A stretch of DNA of 64,000 bases, taken from contig JARLIA010000011.1 of assembly GCA_031291955.1 (NCBI GenBank), forward strand, positions 6,511-70,510, written 5' to 3'. Each line of letters starts with the position of its first letter. Positions within the stretch are counted from its first letter, which is position 1. This stretch comes from Minisyncoccota bacterium (GTDB lineage Bacteria; Patescibacteriota; Minisyncoccia; Moranbacterales; UBA2206). Shown here in pieces: positions 7,801 through 16,614 of this stretch. A program made the translations under genes and the position numbers. A model generated the notes under the pieces. It was not told the origin of the DNA and made no database searches. It was given only the letters and a program-made list of their open reading frames with translations.

Positions 7801-10800
7801 ATCAGCGACACTTATTTGCCTTTTTCCACTGACATCGACGGCCAAACGAGACCGGCGACGGGAGCCTGGGATATCGGGGCGGATGAAAGCACTAGCAGGG
7901 TCTACTATTCCGTCGGTCAATCCGCCAGCAATCTCATGACCGGCGCGCCGACCATGACCATGGTTTCCGGCGCGGCGGTTTTGTCGGTGGCGCAGACGGG
8001 AAACATCGGGGTCGGTGATCGGGTGACTTACAACACCTCGCAAATCGCTTACATCGCTTCCAAAACAGATTCATCCGGCACCAAATGGAATTTGGTGACA
8101 GCTCTCGGCGCGACACCGGCCGATGTGACGACGGCCGTGACTGTCAATTCCATCACGCACGAATACACTTCGCTTGCCGCGGCGATTGCCGGCGCCAGCG
8201 GCGCCAACCACATCAACAATCTCGATCTTACGGCCGCCAACGTGGTTTTGAATATTCCTTGCTATTATGATTCCGGCCCGGATACGACGGCGGTGAATGT
8301 TTCCGGTTTCACAACCAGCGCGACAAACTACATCAAAATTTATACCCCCCACATCACAACTACTTATCCGGCCGAAGCCAATTTTTCGCAGAGGGCGATG
8401 GGGAAGTGGGATAATGGGAAGTATAGTTTGGAAGTTTCAGGTCCTTGGAAAAACGCGATTGATAATAATGTAATTTATACCCAGGTTGTCGGCTTGCAAA
8501 TCAGCCTGGCAAACGCCGCTGGTTTTGTCGGGGATATCCGCGATGATGCCGGCGGACTTATGGCCAGCTTTAATTTAATCACGGGAGACGACACGGGATA
8601 TGGAATTATAAGCGGAACTTATATATACAACAATATAATATATAACTTTCCAAACAACTATGGAATTTATATCACCTCGGGTTATGTTTATAATAATACT
8701 GTTTATAATGCGGGTATTGCATACGCTTGGTCAGGCGGTAACGGAACATTTTTAGAAAATAATATTGCTCAAGATACGGTAACTGGATATAGCAATAATC
8801 CTCCGGGTGCCAACAATCTTTCCGATCACGCCGACGCGCCCGGGTCCAATCCGCAAAATTCCAAAACCGTCCAATTCGCCGACGCGGCCAAGTCTGATTT
8901 CCATTTGAGCCCGAATGACTCGGTCGCGCGGGGAGCAGGAACAAATCTTTCCGCCGATTCCAATTTAGCGTTCAACACCGACATCGACGGCCAAACCAGA
9001 CCAGCCACAGGCGCTTGGGACATCGGCGCCGACCAATCCGCCACAGCCATATATTATTCCGTCGGCCAAAATACTTCCGATCACAAAACCGGCACGCCAA
9101 CAGTGACGATTGCCGGAAACGCGGTGACGTTCAGCACGGGCCAGACGGCCACCAATATGGGAGTGGGAGACAAAATTACTTATACCGTGAGCTTGACCAA
9201 CTATTCTTGCTATATTACTTCAAAGACATCCACCGACGGCACCGGCTGGATGTGCGAAACGGCCACCGGTGGCACGCCGACCGCCGCGCCCGGTGGTTCG
9301 GCTGTCGTTTCCATTACTCACGCGTTCAGTTCTCTCAATGCGGCCGTCTCCGGCGCGTCAGGCGCGAGTTATCTCAACACTTCGGATTTATACACCAACA
9401 ATTACCAATTGAATTTTCCTTGCTACTACGATTCAGGCCCGGATATGACGACGGTGACAGTTGGCGGTGGCTACACAACGGCCGAGCCGAACTATATTAG
9501 AGTTTATACGCCGTATAACACAATAACGGAAGTGAATCAGTCACAAAGAGCGATGGGGAAGTGGGATAATTCTAAATATAACGCCAGCGGATATATAAAT
9601 TTAGGGACAAACTATGTATGGATTGATGGTTTGCAAATTGTAAATTATTCATCCGGCGGCTATCCTTCGGCAATCGAGGCGAATGGGACTGCCACTCTCG
9701 GTCTTCGAGTATCCAATAGTATCATTTTTATGGACACTTCGGGAACGGCTAGTGGCACAGGAATTAAATCGGGCGCTTCGATGACGGTCTGGAATAATGT
9801 TATATATATGGCAAATACTACCAGTGCGGGGATGTATTTTAGCTACGGTAAATTTTATATTTACAACAATACGGTATATGGAGGAAGCGACGGAATTAGC
9901 GGTGCAAACCTTGGCGAAGTAATGTATGCCAAGAATAACCTTTTTTATGGTAATAATCTTGATTATCACGGCGCGTTCGACTCTTCTTCCACCAACAACT
10001 TGAGCAAAGACGCCACCGCGCCGGGCAGCAATCCGATAAACTCAGCCACCGTAAATTTTGCCAACGCGACGGCCAATGATTTTCATCTTTCCCCCACTGA
10101 CACGGCCGCATTGGGACACGGCGCCAATTTGAGCGCCGATTCCAATTTAACGTTTAATACCGACATTAATGGCAACAGCCGCGGGAGTTTTTGGTCGATC
10201 GGGGCGGATAATGGACCAGTGGCGACCATTAACGCGCCGCACGCGACAAACACCAGCGCCAGCACCGGATTGGATTCGGGTCTCGTCGGCTACTGGTCGT
10301 TTGACGGTCCGACCATTTCCGGGACAACAGTGAAAGATCTCTCCGGCCAAAACAACAACGGAACCAACTCCGGCGCCACGCCGACTATTGGGGCGCGGGG
10401 GCAGGCATTGAGTTTTGACGGGACGAGCAGTGGTGTCGCAACTGGTAATATATACCCAACCGGAAGCGGGGTTTCTTATGCTTTTTGGATGAAAACACCG
10501 CAAACGACTAATGCTATGCCTGTTATGGGTTGGGGATATGATCAATGTTGGGTCAGTAACGTAGGTTCGCATAAAATCAACTGCACTAATGATGGCGGAG
10601 GTTATGACGGAGTGACTTCCAGCATTAGCGTGGATGACAATAAATGGCACTTTATTGTTTTTGCTTCAGCGGGTGGAAGCAATGGAACCGTGACGCTTTA
10701 CGTGGATGGACAAAATCAGGGCAGCAACACTGAGACGCTAGGCATATCAAACGATTTTGCTATAAAATGGGGTTCGGTAGGATTCGACAGTCGCCACTAC

Positions 10801-11592
10801 GCCGGAGCACTTGATGAAGGCAGGGTTTATAATCGCGTTTTGTCGGCGGCTGAAGTGAATGACCTTTATCATCTCGGCGGGCAAACCGTCGGCGCGCCGC
10901 AGGCGGCGACGGGACCGACTTCCGGACTGGTGGGTCACTGGACGTTTGACGGCCCGACCATTTCCGGCACAACCATTGCCGACACCAGCGGGAGCGGCAA
11001 CAACGGCACCAACAATGGCGCCACGCCGGTGATGGGGAAATTGGGGCAGGCGATGAGTTTTGACGGGACGGATGATTATGCGTGGATAAACAATTCTAGT
11101 GCTCTTGATTTTGGCTCCGGAGATTTTTCCGTTGGGATGTGGGTGAACAAAAAGGCGAACTCTTCTGGTTGGAGTAATACTTTCGGTGTGAATAAATGGA
11201 ATACCGGAGAATCTCCTGGTACAAATGAATGGGGTCTTAACCTTACTAATGCCGGAAATGATAACACTTTCAGCTTTAATATCGAAGATGGAGCTACAAC
11301 ATATTCCGTTGCCGATACGACCATTTTTCTCTTGAATAAATGGTATCACGTGGAGGGCGTTAAATCGGGAAGTTATTTGTATATTTATGTAGATGGAGTT
11401 TTGAAAAATTCAAATAACATAGGCAGTCATTCTGTTAACAATGTTGGGGATGCTATCCAGATTGCGAGAAATGGAGGGGGGTCGATTCACTATACGAAAG
11501 CCGATTTCGACGATGTCCGCGTTTATAACCGCGCGCTGTCGGCGCAAGAGGTGGGGGATTTGTATCAGGCGGGAAGTGTGACGATGAAATAA
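4888..11592 (+). CDS. Giant secreted surface protein (2234 aa): signal peptide, four tandem ~400-aa parallel beta-helix-like modules (ABAB) and two C-terminal LamG (concanavalin-like) domains
   Basis: N-terminal KTKIILYSLAFFLIFLGFSGNANA. Repeated NNIVYG / NNTFYGN / DIGADQ beta-helix signatures. C-terminal LVGYWSFDGPTISGTTVKDLSGQNNNGTN and LVGHWTFDGPTISGTTIADTSGSGNNGTN are LamG-like. Confidence 0.85.
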   Translation: MRKVKELKKIKVTSKTKIILYSLAFFLIFLGFSGNANAAQIGNTIDWAWSGQLGWIHFNGSAATPDYGVTTTDGTGLTGYAWSEKGGYIKFSGTCSQAGGCPGGGNTYQVTASGTCAVGRECLSGWAWGAGIGWIHFAASGSNYANNSNTTYGVYIDSQGFFRGYAWNDQFGWIHFGGACTGGVGTCLNGEATYAVHEGPKNVYYSVGQSVSNLMTGSPTMNLTSGVATFSVAQTGNIGVGDRVTYNTSSVAYIASKTDSTGTDWQLVTATGGTPADVSVATVNSITHEYTSLAAAIAGATDVNHLNNTDLTVANVVLNIPCYYDSGSDTTAVTVSGYTTSAADYIKIYTPSNTTTYPAEANNSQRAMGKWDATKYNLQAGASSSSLLNILVPDVKIDGLQLYQSVGYYSSVVGLNSSGVVNLSVSNSIIRAFSGNTGNYGIIIEGGSTGSVYNIYNNIVYGASYDSGCNGLMVENSSVFLYNNTFYGNYTGIYGYSGTLIAKNNIVYNNTTDYSGSFDSSSTNNLSKDATAPGSNAEINRTVQFANAGANDFHLSLADTAALGHGANLSVDTNFAFDTDIDGQTRPTIWDIGADQSATAIYYSVGQNTNDHSSGGNVSISSGEATFDTPQTATNLGVGDVLTAGGNAYYISKKIDTSHWDVITALGATPADLSSTSVTSITHAFASLEGAVDASTASGAFDSSHLNTKDLVANNYQLNIPCYYDTGADTTAVTISGWTTGASNYIRIYTPKSLTTEANFSQRATGKWDNSKYSISANANVIYVQIENVHVDGLQVELNPTSDDGYLGIGVNSQSYIIDGFEASNNIVKQTTQKVDAYGVICYTGASTCKIWNNIVYGFSLGSAGRGSILVGGSSSTVAYVYNNTTYGNYIGIQELAGGEIFLNNNLSYNNGTDYDGSFDPSSTNNLSKDATAPAYGTYYRNATVTFVDATNDDFHLASTDTGAIGNGANLISDTYLPFSTDIDGQTRPATGAWDIGADESTSRVYYSVGQSASNLMTGAPTMTMVSGAAVLSVAQTGNIGVGDRVTYNTSQIAYIASKTDSSGTKWNLVTALGATPADVTTAVTVNSITHEYTSLAAAIAGASGANHINNLDLTAANVVLNIPCYYDSGPDTTAVNVSGFTTSATNYIKIYTPHITTTYPAEANFSQRAMGKWDNGKYSLEVSGPWKNAIDNNVIYTQVVGLQISLANAAGFVGDIRDDAGGLMASFNLITGDDTGYGIISGTYIYNNIIYNFPNNYGIYITSGYVYNNTVYNAGIAYAWSGGNGTFLENNIAQDTVTGYSNNPPGANNLSDHADAPGSNPQNSKTVQFADAAKSDFHLSPNDSVARGAGTNLSADSNLAFNTDIDGQTRPATGAWDIGADQSATAIYYSVGQNTSDHKTGTPTVTIAGNAVTFSTGQTATNMGVGDKITYTVSLTNYSCYITSKTSTDGTGWMCETATGGTPTAAPGGSAVVSITHAFSSLNAAVSGASGASYLNTSDLYTNNYQLNFPCYYDSGPDMTTVTVGGGYTTAEPNYIRVYTPYNTITEVNQSQRAMGKWDNSKYNASGYINLGTNYVWIDGLQIVNYSSGGYPSAIEANGTATLGLRVSNSIIFMDTSGTASGTGIKSGASMTVWNNVIYMANTTSAGMYFSYGKFYIYNNTVYGGSDGISGANLGEVMYAKNNLFYGNNLDYHGAFDSSSTNNLSKDATAPGSNPINSATVNFANATANDFHLSPTDTAALGHGANLSADSNLTFNTDINGNSRGSFWSIGADNGPVATINAPHATNTSASTGLDSGLVGYWSFDGPTISGTTVKDLSGQNNNGTNSGATPTIGARGQALSFDGTSSGVATGNIYPTGSGVSYAFWMKTPQTTNAMPVMGWGYDQCWVSNVGSHKINCTNDGGGYDGVTSSISVDDNKWHFIVFASAGGSNGTVTLYVDGQNQGSNTETLGISNDFAIKWGSVGFDSRHYAGALDEGRVYNRVLSAAEVNDLYHLGGQTVGAPQAATGPTSGLVGHWTFDGPTISGTTIADTSGSGNNGTNNGATPVMGKLGQAMSFDGTDDYAWINNSSALDFGSGDFSVGMWVNKKANSSGWSNTFGVNKWNTGESPGTNEWGLNLTNAGNDNTFSFNIEDGATTYSVADTTIFLLNKWYHVEGVKSGSYLYIYVDGVLKNSNNIGSHSVNNVGDAIQIARNGGGSIHYTKADFDDVRVYNRALSAQEVGDLYQAGSVTMK

Positions 11593-11642
11593 GTACCACT
11601 GATTGGACGCTGATCGGGTACGCGGAACGGACGCGGATGATC

Positions 11643-11752
11643 CCCCCTCGCCCGTACTCGGGAGAGGGCCGGGCAGAGGGCACGGAGCGCGTGGCCCTCT
11701 CTGTCACGAGTACGTGACATCTCCCCCGAGTACGGGGGAGAGAGATAAATAT
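11643..11752. repeat. GC-rich structured intergenic repeat, copy A (nested inverted repeats: cccgtactcggg / gtcacgagtacgtgac / ctcccccgagtacgggggag)
   Basis: ~85% identical to 15748-15860. Sits 50 nt after the giant-gene stop. Confidence 0.6.
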
Positions 11753-11810
11753 TGACAAGTGTCTAAATTAGGCATATTATGGGTATATAAGTATCTAAGT
11801 TAGGCATATT

Positions 11811-12947
11811 ATGTATAAAAGAATCATCGAATCGGAATTGAAAAAGAGCTTTTTTAAAGGAAAAATCATCATAATAGTCGGCGCCCGGCAAATCGGGAAA
11901 ACGACTTTGGCTGAAAAAGTCGTCAAAGAATTTTCCAAAAAGGAAACCCGCTTTTTCAATGGCGACAATCCGGCCGACCGGGATCTCTTGAACAATAGAA
12001 GTTTTGAATTCTTGGACAAGCTTGTCGGAAGCGCCGAAATAATTTTTATCGATGAAGGACAGAAAGTCGGCACGATCGGACAGACATTGAAATTGTTGGT
12101 CGATAATTATAAAAAGAAAAAACAAATCATCGTGACCGGATCGTCCAGTTTTAATCTGCTCGACCGGACCGAGGAACCTTTGACCGGAAGAAAGCGGGTC
12201 TTCTATCTTTTCTCTTTGAGTCTGGAGGAACTTTATCCGCGGAAGAATACGCTAAAAATTCTGAAAGAGCTGGAGCAGCATCTGGTTTTCGGCTCATACC
12301 CGGAAGTGGTCAATGCCGCGACGTTTGACGAAAAAAGAAAAGCCATCCTGGAAATATCTTCCAGTTATCTGTATAAAGACGTTTTGGAATTTCAGGGGAT
12401 AAAAAAATCCGACGCCATGATCAAACTGTTGAAAGCTCTGGCTTTCCAGATCGGTTCGGAAGTTTCCTACACGGAACTGGCTAATGTTTCCGGGCTCAAC
12501 AAAAAAACGGTGGAAAACTACGTCGATATTTTGGAAAAGAACAACATTATTTTCCGGCTCTCGCCGTACGCGGGGAACTTGCGGAAAACCATTTCCAAAT
12601 TGCGCAAGATTTATTTTTATGACATCGGGATCAGGAACGCGCTCATCGGCGATTTCAATTTTCTTGACGGACGGAATGACGTTGGCGCTCTTTGGGAAAA
12701 CTTCATTTTGGTCGAAAGGCTGAAATTTCGGACTTATCACGGGATTTTTGCCAACAATTATTTCTGGCGGACGTATGATGGCGCCGAGGTTGATCTGGTT
12801 GAAGAAAGGGAAGGAAAATTATTTGGATATGAATTCAAATGGAACGGCAAAAAAAGAAAAGGCGCGCCTTCGGTTTATTGGCAAAAATATCCCCATAGTT
12901 CGTACGAAATAATTTCTCCCGAGAATGTCGGCGGATTTGTTTTATGA
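11811..12947 (+). CDS. AAA ATPase (AAA_14 N-terminal domain plus DUF4143-type C-terminal domain)
   Basis: Walker A in GARQIGKTTL; family-typical length and C-terminal region. Confidence 0.7.
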   Translation: MYKRIIESELKKSFFKGKIIIIVGARQIGKTTLAEKVVKEFSKKETRFFNGDNPADRDLLNNRSFEFLDKLVGSAEIIFIDEGQKVGTIGQTLKLLVDNYKKKKQIIVTGSSSFNLLDRTEEPLTGRKRVFYLFSLSLEELYPRKNTLKILKELEQHLVFGSYPEVVNAATFDEKRKAILEISSSYLYKDVLEFQGIKKSDAMIKLLKALAFQIGSEVSYTELANVSGLNKKTVENYVDILEKNNIIFRLSPYAGNLRKTISKLRKIYFYDIGIRNALIGDFNFLDGRNDVGALWENFILVERLKFRTYHGIFANNYFWRTYDGAEVDLVEEREGKLFGYEFKWNGKKRKGAPSVYWQKYPHSSYEIISPENVGGFVL

Positions 12948-13055
12948 TATCCGCACCGACGGGACTGTCTTGACATTTCCATTGACCGTATTCCCCAAGC
13001 AGTTTATAATTAGACTACATCCGACGACATAAAAATTAACCCAAAATCAATAGAT

Positions 13056-15725
13056 ATGGAAAATGAAATCAACCGCAACGAAGGCGAGCGCCCGGTGAAT
13101 ATTAATCTAAGAAGCGAAGTTCAGCGCGGCGTGCCGGTTCGGCCAATGGGAAATTTCGCGTCTCGCGTGCGGGCGGCGGAAGCGCCACGGCGCGAAGTTC
13201 GGGCGGAAGCTGGAGCTGACAAGAAAGACAAAAAACTCTTGGTCAAGATGCTTGACCGAGTGATCGGTCTTTCTATTTTCGCCATTTTTTTCGGTGTGCC
13301 GCTTTATTTTACCGGGACGGCTTCGCAGGGGATCATTTTTGAAAAACAGATTTATTTCTATTTTTGGCTCCTTCTGGGTCTGGTCGTTTGGGCGGCCAAG
13401 GGCGTCATCACTGGCGAGATGGATATCCGCCGGACGTCACTCGACATTCCGATCCTCGGGGTGTGGCTGGCGGTGGGACTGGCGACCATTTTTTCGGTGG
13501 ACCGCTGGCACAGTTTTTTCGGGGCGTTTTCTGATCCGTCTCGCGGATTCATGAGCGTCACGGCCTATATCGTTGCTTTTTATCTCATTTTGTCCAATTT
13601 CAATGCCAAGCGCTTGAAGTTGATTCTTTGGGCCATTCTGACTTCCGGCGGCATTCTGATTGTTTGGACGACTTTGGCCATTTTGGGCATCAAGTTTTTG
13701 CCTAATTCTTTGGCCCAGTATGCGCCACTCTCTCTTTCCGGTTCGGTCACTAGTCTCGGAGTGATTTTCGCGGCGCTGGTGCCGCTCATTGCCGTAGTTA
13801 TTATGAAATTTTCCGAAAATGAGGAGATGGCCGCTGTTAAGAAAAAAATATTGACCGGCGGACTAATGCTCATGTTGCTCCTTGATCTCTTTTTGATTTT
13901 GGCGCTTTATAATTATGTTCCTTGGTTGGCTTTCTTTATCGGTGTGGTAATCCTTTTGGTTTTCATCTTGGCGAAAATCGTGCGGCCGAAGGAGTCATGG
14001 ACGTGGCTCCCGATGGTGGTTTTCATTCTGGCGATGGTGCTCCGGATGACCGGCGCGGTCTCGATCGCTCGCGTCAATCTGCCGATGGAGCTCAGCCTTA
14101 ACTATGCGACCTCGACAGCTATCGCCAAAAATAGTCTGTCTCACAAATTATGGCTTGGCAGTGGTCCGGCCACTTATGGCTACGATTTTTCCATGAACCG
14201 TCCGCAGGATTTCAATCTCAATGCTTTCTATAATTTGCGTTTCTTCCAAGGAACGGGCGCGTTTATGGAATCCGCGGCAACCCTGGGTCTTGTTGGCACG
14301 GTTTTCTTGGTCGTCTTAATTTTGGCGTATATCGGTCTGCAATTCCATCTGGTCGCCAAGGATAAGGAAAAGAATAAGCTATATTCTCTGGGTGCCTTTT
14401 CGGCCGCGGCCGTGTTTTTGGTGGCAGTACTGTCCGATCGATCTGGCGGAGTTGATCTTCTGCTGGCTGTCCTCTTCATCGCTTTTGCTTTAGCTGTTTC
14501 TTTTTTGGAATCGGAAAAAGATGAAAATTATCTTAGTTTGAGCCTGAAAGCTTCGCCCAAGTTCGCGCTGGCTTTGGCTTTTGTCTTTATGGTTGTGTGT
14601 GCTGGCGTAGCGTTCCTGTTTGTATTTTTGGGCAAGGTTTACGCGGCCGACATTTTGGCCGGACAAGCGGCGCTTACTCTCAACAAGGATCAAACAACGG
14701 CTCTTGCCGATATGGGGAAAGCCATTAGTCTTAATCCGATGGAGCCCCGGTATTATACCCAGATCGGGCAATACTACATGGCTTTGGCCAATCAAGAGGC
14801 TATGAAAGATCAGAAGACGCGCGATGTAGATAAGATCAAGCAATATCTGAATTTTTCTATCCAGGCCACTACTCAAGCCGAATCAATGGAGTCCAATGAC
14901 GTCGGCGCGGTCGAATCATTGGCGTTGATTTATGAAAATGCTGGTCTCTATGTGCCGGATTCACTGAAGCTGGCCGAGCAATATTATCAAACAGCCCAAA
15001 AACTGGAACCGCATAACCCGGTCTATGACATAAAATTGGGACAATTGGCCATTAGCGAAGCGGCTGGCGGGACAGACAAGAACGCCGCTAAAGCGGCGCT
15101 GACCACCGCCCAAGGTCTTTTCCAAAAAGCGGTTTCGGAGAAGAATAATTACGCCGACGGGTACTATCAGTTGGCCTTGGACGACGAAGCCTTGAATCAG
15201 ATGGATCAAGCAATAAGTAACGGTCAGCAAGCTGTCCAGCTCAATCCGCAAAACTCCAGCTATCTTTTGGCGATGGGACGCTTCTATCAGGAAAGGAACG
15301 GCAGTGGTGACGCGGCACTGGCCGAGCAATATTATCAGGCTGATATTTCTTTGAATGATAAAGACATTAACGGTCATTTCTATCTGGGAATCTTCTATGA
15401 AAAACAGAAAGAATCCGATAAGGCCAAGGAGCAATACAACAAAGTGATCAGTTTGCTTCAGCAGGGTCAGAACAATCAGCAGACCATTGATCAGGTCCAA
15501 AAGATGATCACTAATGTTGACGATGGCGTGGCCAACACGCCCGAGAGTCTGGGATTAGTCCAGCAGAACAATTCTTCTGGCGCATCCGCGTCGGCCGCTA
15601 CCCAAGCCATCTCAGTGCCGGCCAATGCGCCAACCCCGACTCTGAATCAGACCAAGCCGGCGGATAACGCTGTTCCGGCAGGCAATACGAAAACTACTCC
15701 GGCAGCTACGACGACAAAGCCGTAG
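13056..15725 (+). CDS. Polytopic membrane protein, O-antigen-ligase-like core with C-terminal TPR repeats and a Ser/Thr/Pro-rich tail
   Basis: More than 10 predicted TM segments. Several TPR-like repeats: YYTQIGQYYMALANQ, YYQTAQKLEPHNPVYDIKLGQ, AVQLNPQNSSYLLAMGRFYQ. Confidence 0.55.
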   Translation: MENEINRNEGERPVNINLRSEVQRGVPVRPMGNFASRVRAAEAPRREVRAEAGADKKDKKLLVKMLDRVIGLSIFAIFFGVPLYFTGTASQGIIFEKQIYFYFWLLLGLVVWAAKGVITGEMDIRRTSLDIPILGVWLAVGLATIFSVDRWHSFFGAFSDPSRGFMSVTAYIVAFYLILSNFNAKRLKLILWAILTSGGILIVWTTLAILGIKFLPNSLAQYAPLSLSGSVTSLGVIFAALVPLIAVVIMKFSENEEMAAVKKKILTGGLMLMLLLDLFLILALYNYVPWLAFFIGVVILLVFILAKIVRPKESWTWLPMVVFILAMVLRMTGAVSIARVNLPMELSLNYATSTAIAKNSLSHKLWLGSGPATYGYDFSMNRPQDFNLNAFYNLRFFQGTGAFMESAATLGLVGTVFLVVLILAYIGLQFHLVAKDKEKNKLYSLGAFSAAAVFLVAVLSDRSGGVDLLLAVLFIAFALAVSFLESEKDENYLSLSLKASPKFALALAFVFMVVCAGVAFLFVFLGKVYAADILAGQAALTLNKDQTTALADMGKAISLNPMEPRYYTQIGQYYMALANQEAMKDQKTRDVDKIKQYLNFSIQATTQAESMESNDVGAVESLALIYENAGLYVPDSLKLAEQYYQTAQKLEPHNPVYDIKLGQLAISEAAGGTDKNAAKAALTTAQGLFQKAVSEKNNYADGYYQLALDDEALNQMDQAISNGQQAVQLNPQNSSYLLAMGRFYQERNGSGDAALAEQYYQADISLNDKDINGHFYLGIFYEKQKESDKAKEQYNKVISLLQQGQNNQQTIDQVQKMITNVDDGVANTPESLGLVQQNNSSGASASAATQAISVPANAPTPTLNQTKPADNAVPAGNTKTTPAATTTKP

Positions 15726-15747
15726 CCCGGAAGGTTAAAAAAAATAC

Positions 15748-15860
15748 CTCCTCGCCCGTACTCGGGAGAGGGCTGGGGAGAGGGCGCGGAGCGCGGAGTT
15801 ACAGTGTTGCCCTCTCTGTCACGAGTACGTGACATCTCCCCCGATTACGGGGGAGAGGGA
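15748..15860. repeat. GC-rich structured intergenic repeat, copy B
   Basis: Shares cctcgcccgtactcgggagagggc ... gccctctctgtcacgagtacgtgacatctcccccga.tacgggggagag with copy A. Sits 23 nt after the stop at 15725. Confidence 0.6.
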
Positions 15861-15893
15861 TAAAGAATAATCTAAGATAAAAAAACAAAAATT

Positions 15894-16583
15894 ATGACTG
15901 GAGTGCAAACCTGGGGGCAAGCCATTGTCACGTCGCTGACTAATTTGTGGGAAAGCTTGGTGAATTTTTTGCCGGAATTAGTCGGTGCCCTGTTGGTTTT
16001 TTTGGCCGGCTGGGTAATTGCGACCGCCATCGGAAAATTAGCCACGCATTTCATGCAGACGCTCCAAGTTGATCGGGCGGCTGAGAAAGCTGGATTCACC
16101 GGAAAAGTTAAAGGCAGTAATTTTAATTTCTCTCTCTCGGCTATTTTTGGCGGATTGGTGAAATGGTTTTTGGCGTTGGTGTTTCTCATGGCGTCCGTCA
16201 ATATTTTGCATCTGGATGAAGTGACAGCCTTTCTTGACAGCATTCTTCTTTATCTGCCGAACGTAGTGGTGGCGGTAATCATTTTGGCGGCGGTTTTTCT
16301 GATCGGCAATTTCGTCTATGTCATCGTCAAAGGTTCGACTCGGGCGGCTGGTGTGATGTCAGCGACGCTCCTGGCTGCTATTTCCAAATGGGCCATTATT
16401 ATTTTCGGTTTTTTCGCGGCGCTTATCCAGCTGGGCGTGGCCTCGACCCTCATTAGTACCATTTTTACCGGCATTGTCGCCATGTTGGCGCTGGCCGGAG
16501 GTTTGGCTTTCGGTCTCGGCGGCCGGGAAGAAGCGGCTTTGATTTTGAAGAAAATGAGGGAAGAGTTGACGGAGAAAAGATAG
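15894..16583 (+). CDS. Membrane protein with repeated conserved TM-helix motifs (MscS-associated TM_helix-like)
   Basis: 229 aa, four hydrophobic helices. N-terminal WESLVNFLPELVGALLVFLAGWVIA pattern. Confidence 0.4.
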   Translation: MTGVQTWGQAIVTSLTNLWESLVNFLPELVGALLVFLAGWVIATAIGKLATHFMQTLQVDRAAEKAGFTGKVKGSNFNFSLSAIFGGLVKWFLALVFLMASVNILHLDEVTAFLDSILLYLPNVVVAVIILAAVFLIGNFVYVIVKGSTRAAGVMSATLLAAISKWAIIIFGFFAALIQLGVASTLISTIFTGIVAMLALAGGLAFGLGGREEAALILKKMREELTEKR

Positions 16584-16586
16584 CCC

Positions 16587-16614
16587 TTGACATTATTTTT
16601 ACAACTGCTAGAAT
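16587..16614 (+). promoter_or_regulatory. Sigma70-like promoter TTGACA-16nt-TAGAAT upstream of the 23S rRNA leader
   Basis: Near-consensus hexamers immediately after the stop at 16583. Confidence 0.45.

Noticed and set aside
5169-11349. Numerous 60-200-aa ORFs on both strands inside the giant gene (e.g. 5311-5751, 6436-6864, 7609-8043, 10147-10650, 10747-11349)
   Set aside because: GC-rich repetitive coding DNA yields long antisense and off-frame ORFs. They tile the interior of a 2234-aa ORF with clear domain architecture.
11453-11758. Minus-strand ORFs 11453-11758 and 15647-15835 sharing the peptide PSPEYGRGGI
   Set aside because: The shared peptide is just the translated GC-rich structured repeat. 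Both are intergenic hairpin elements.
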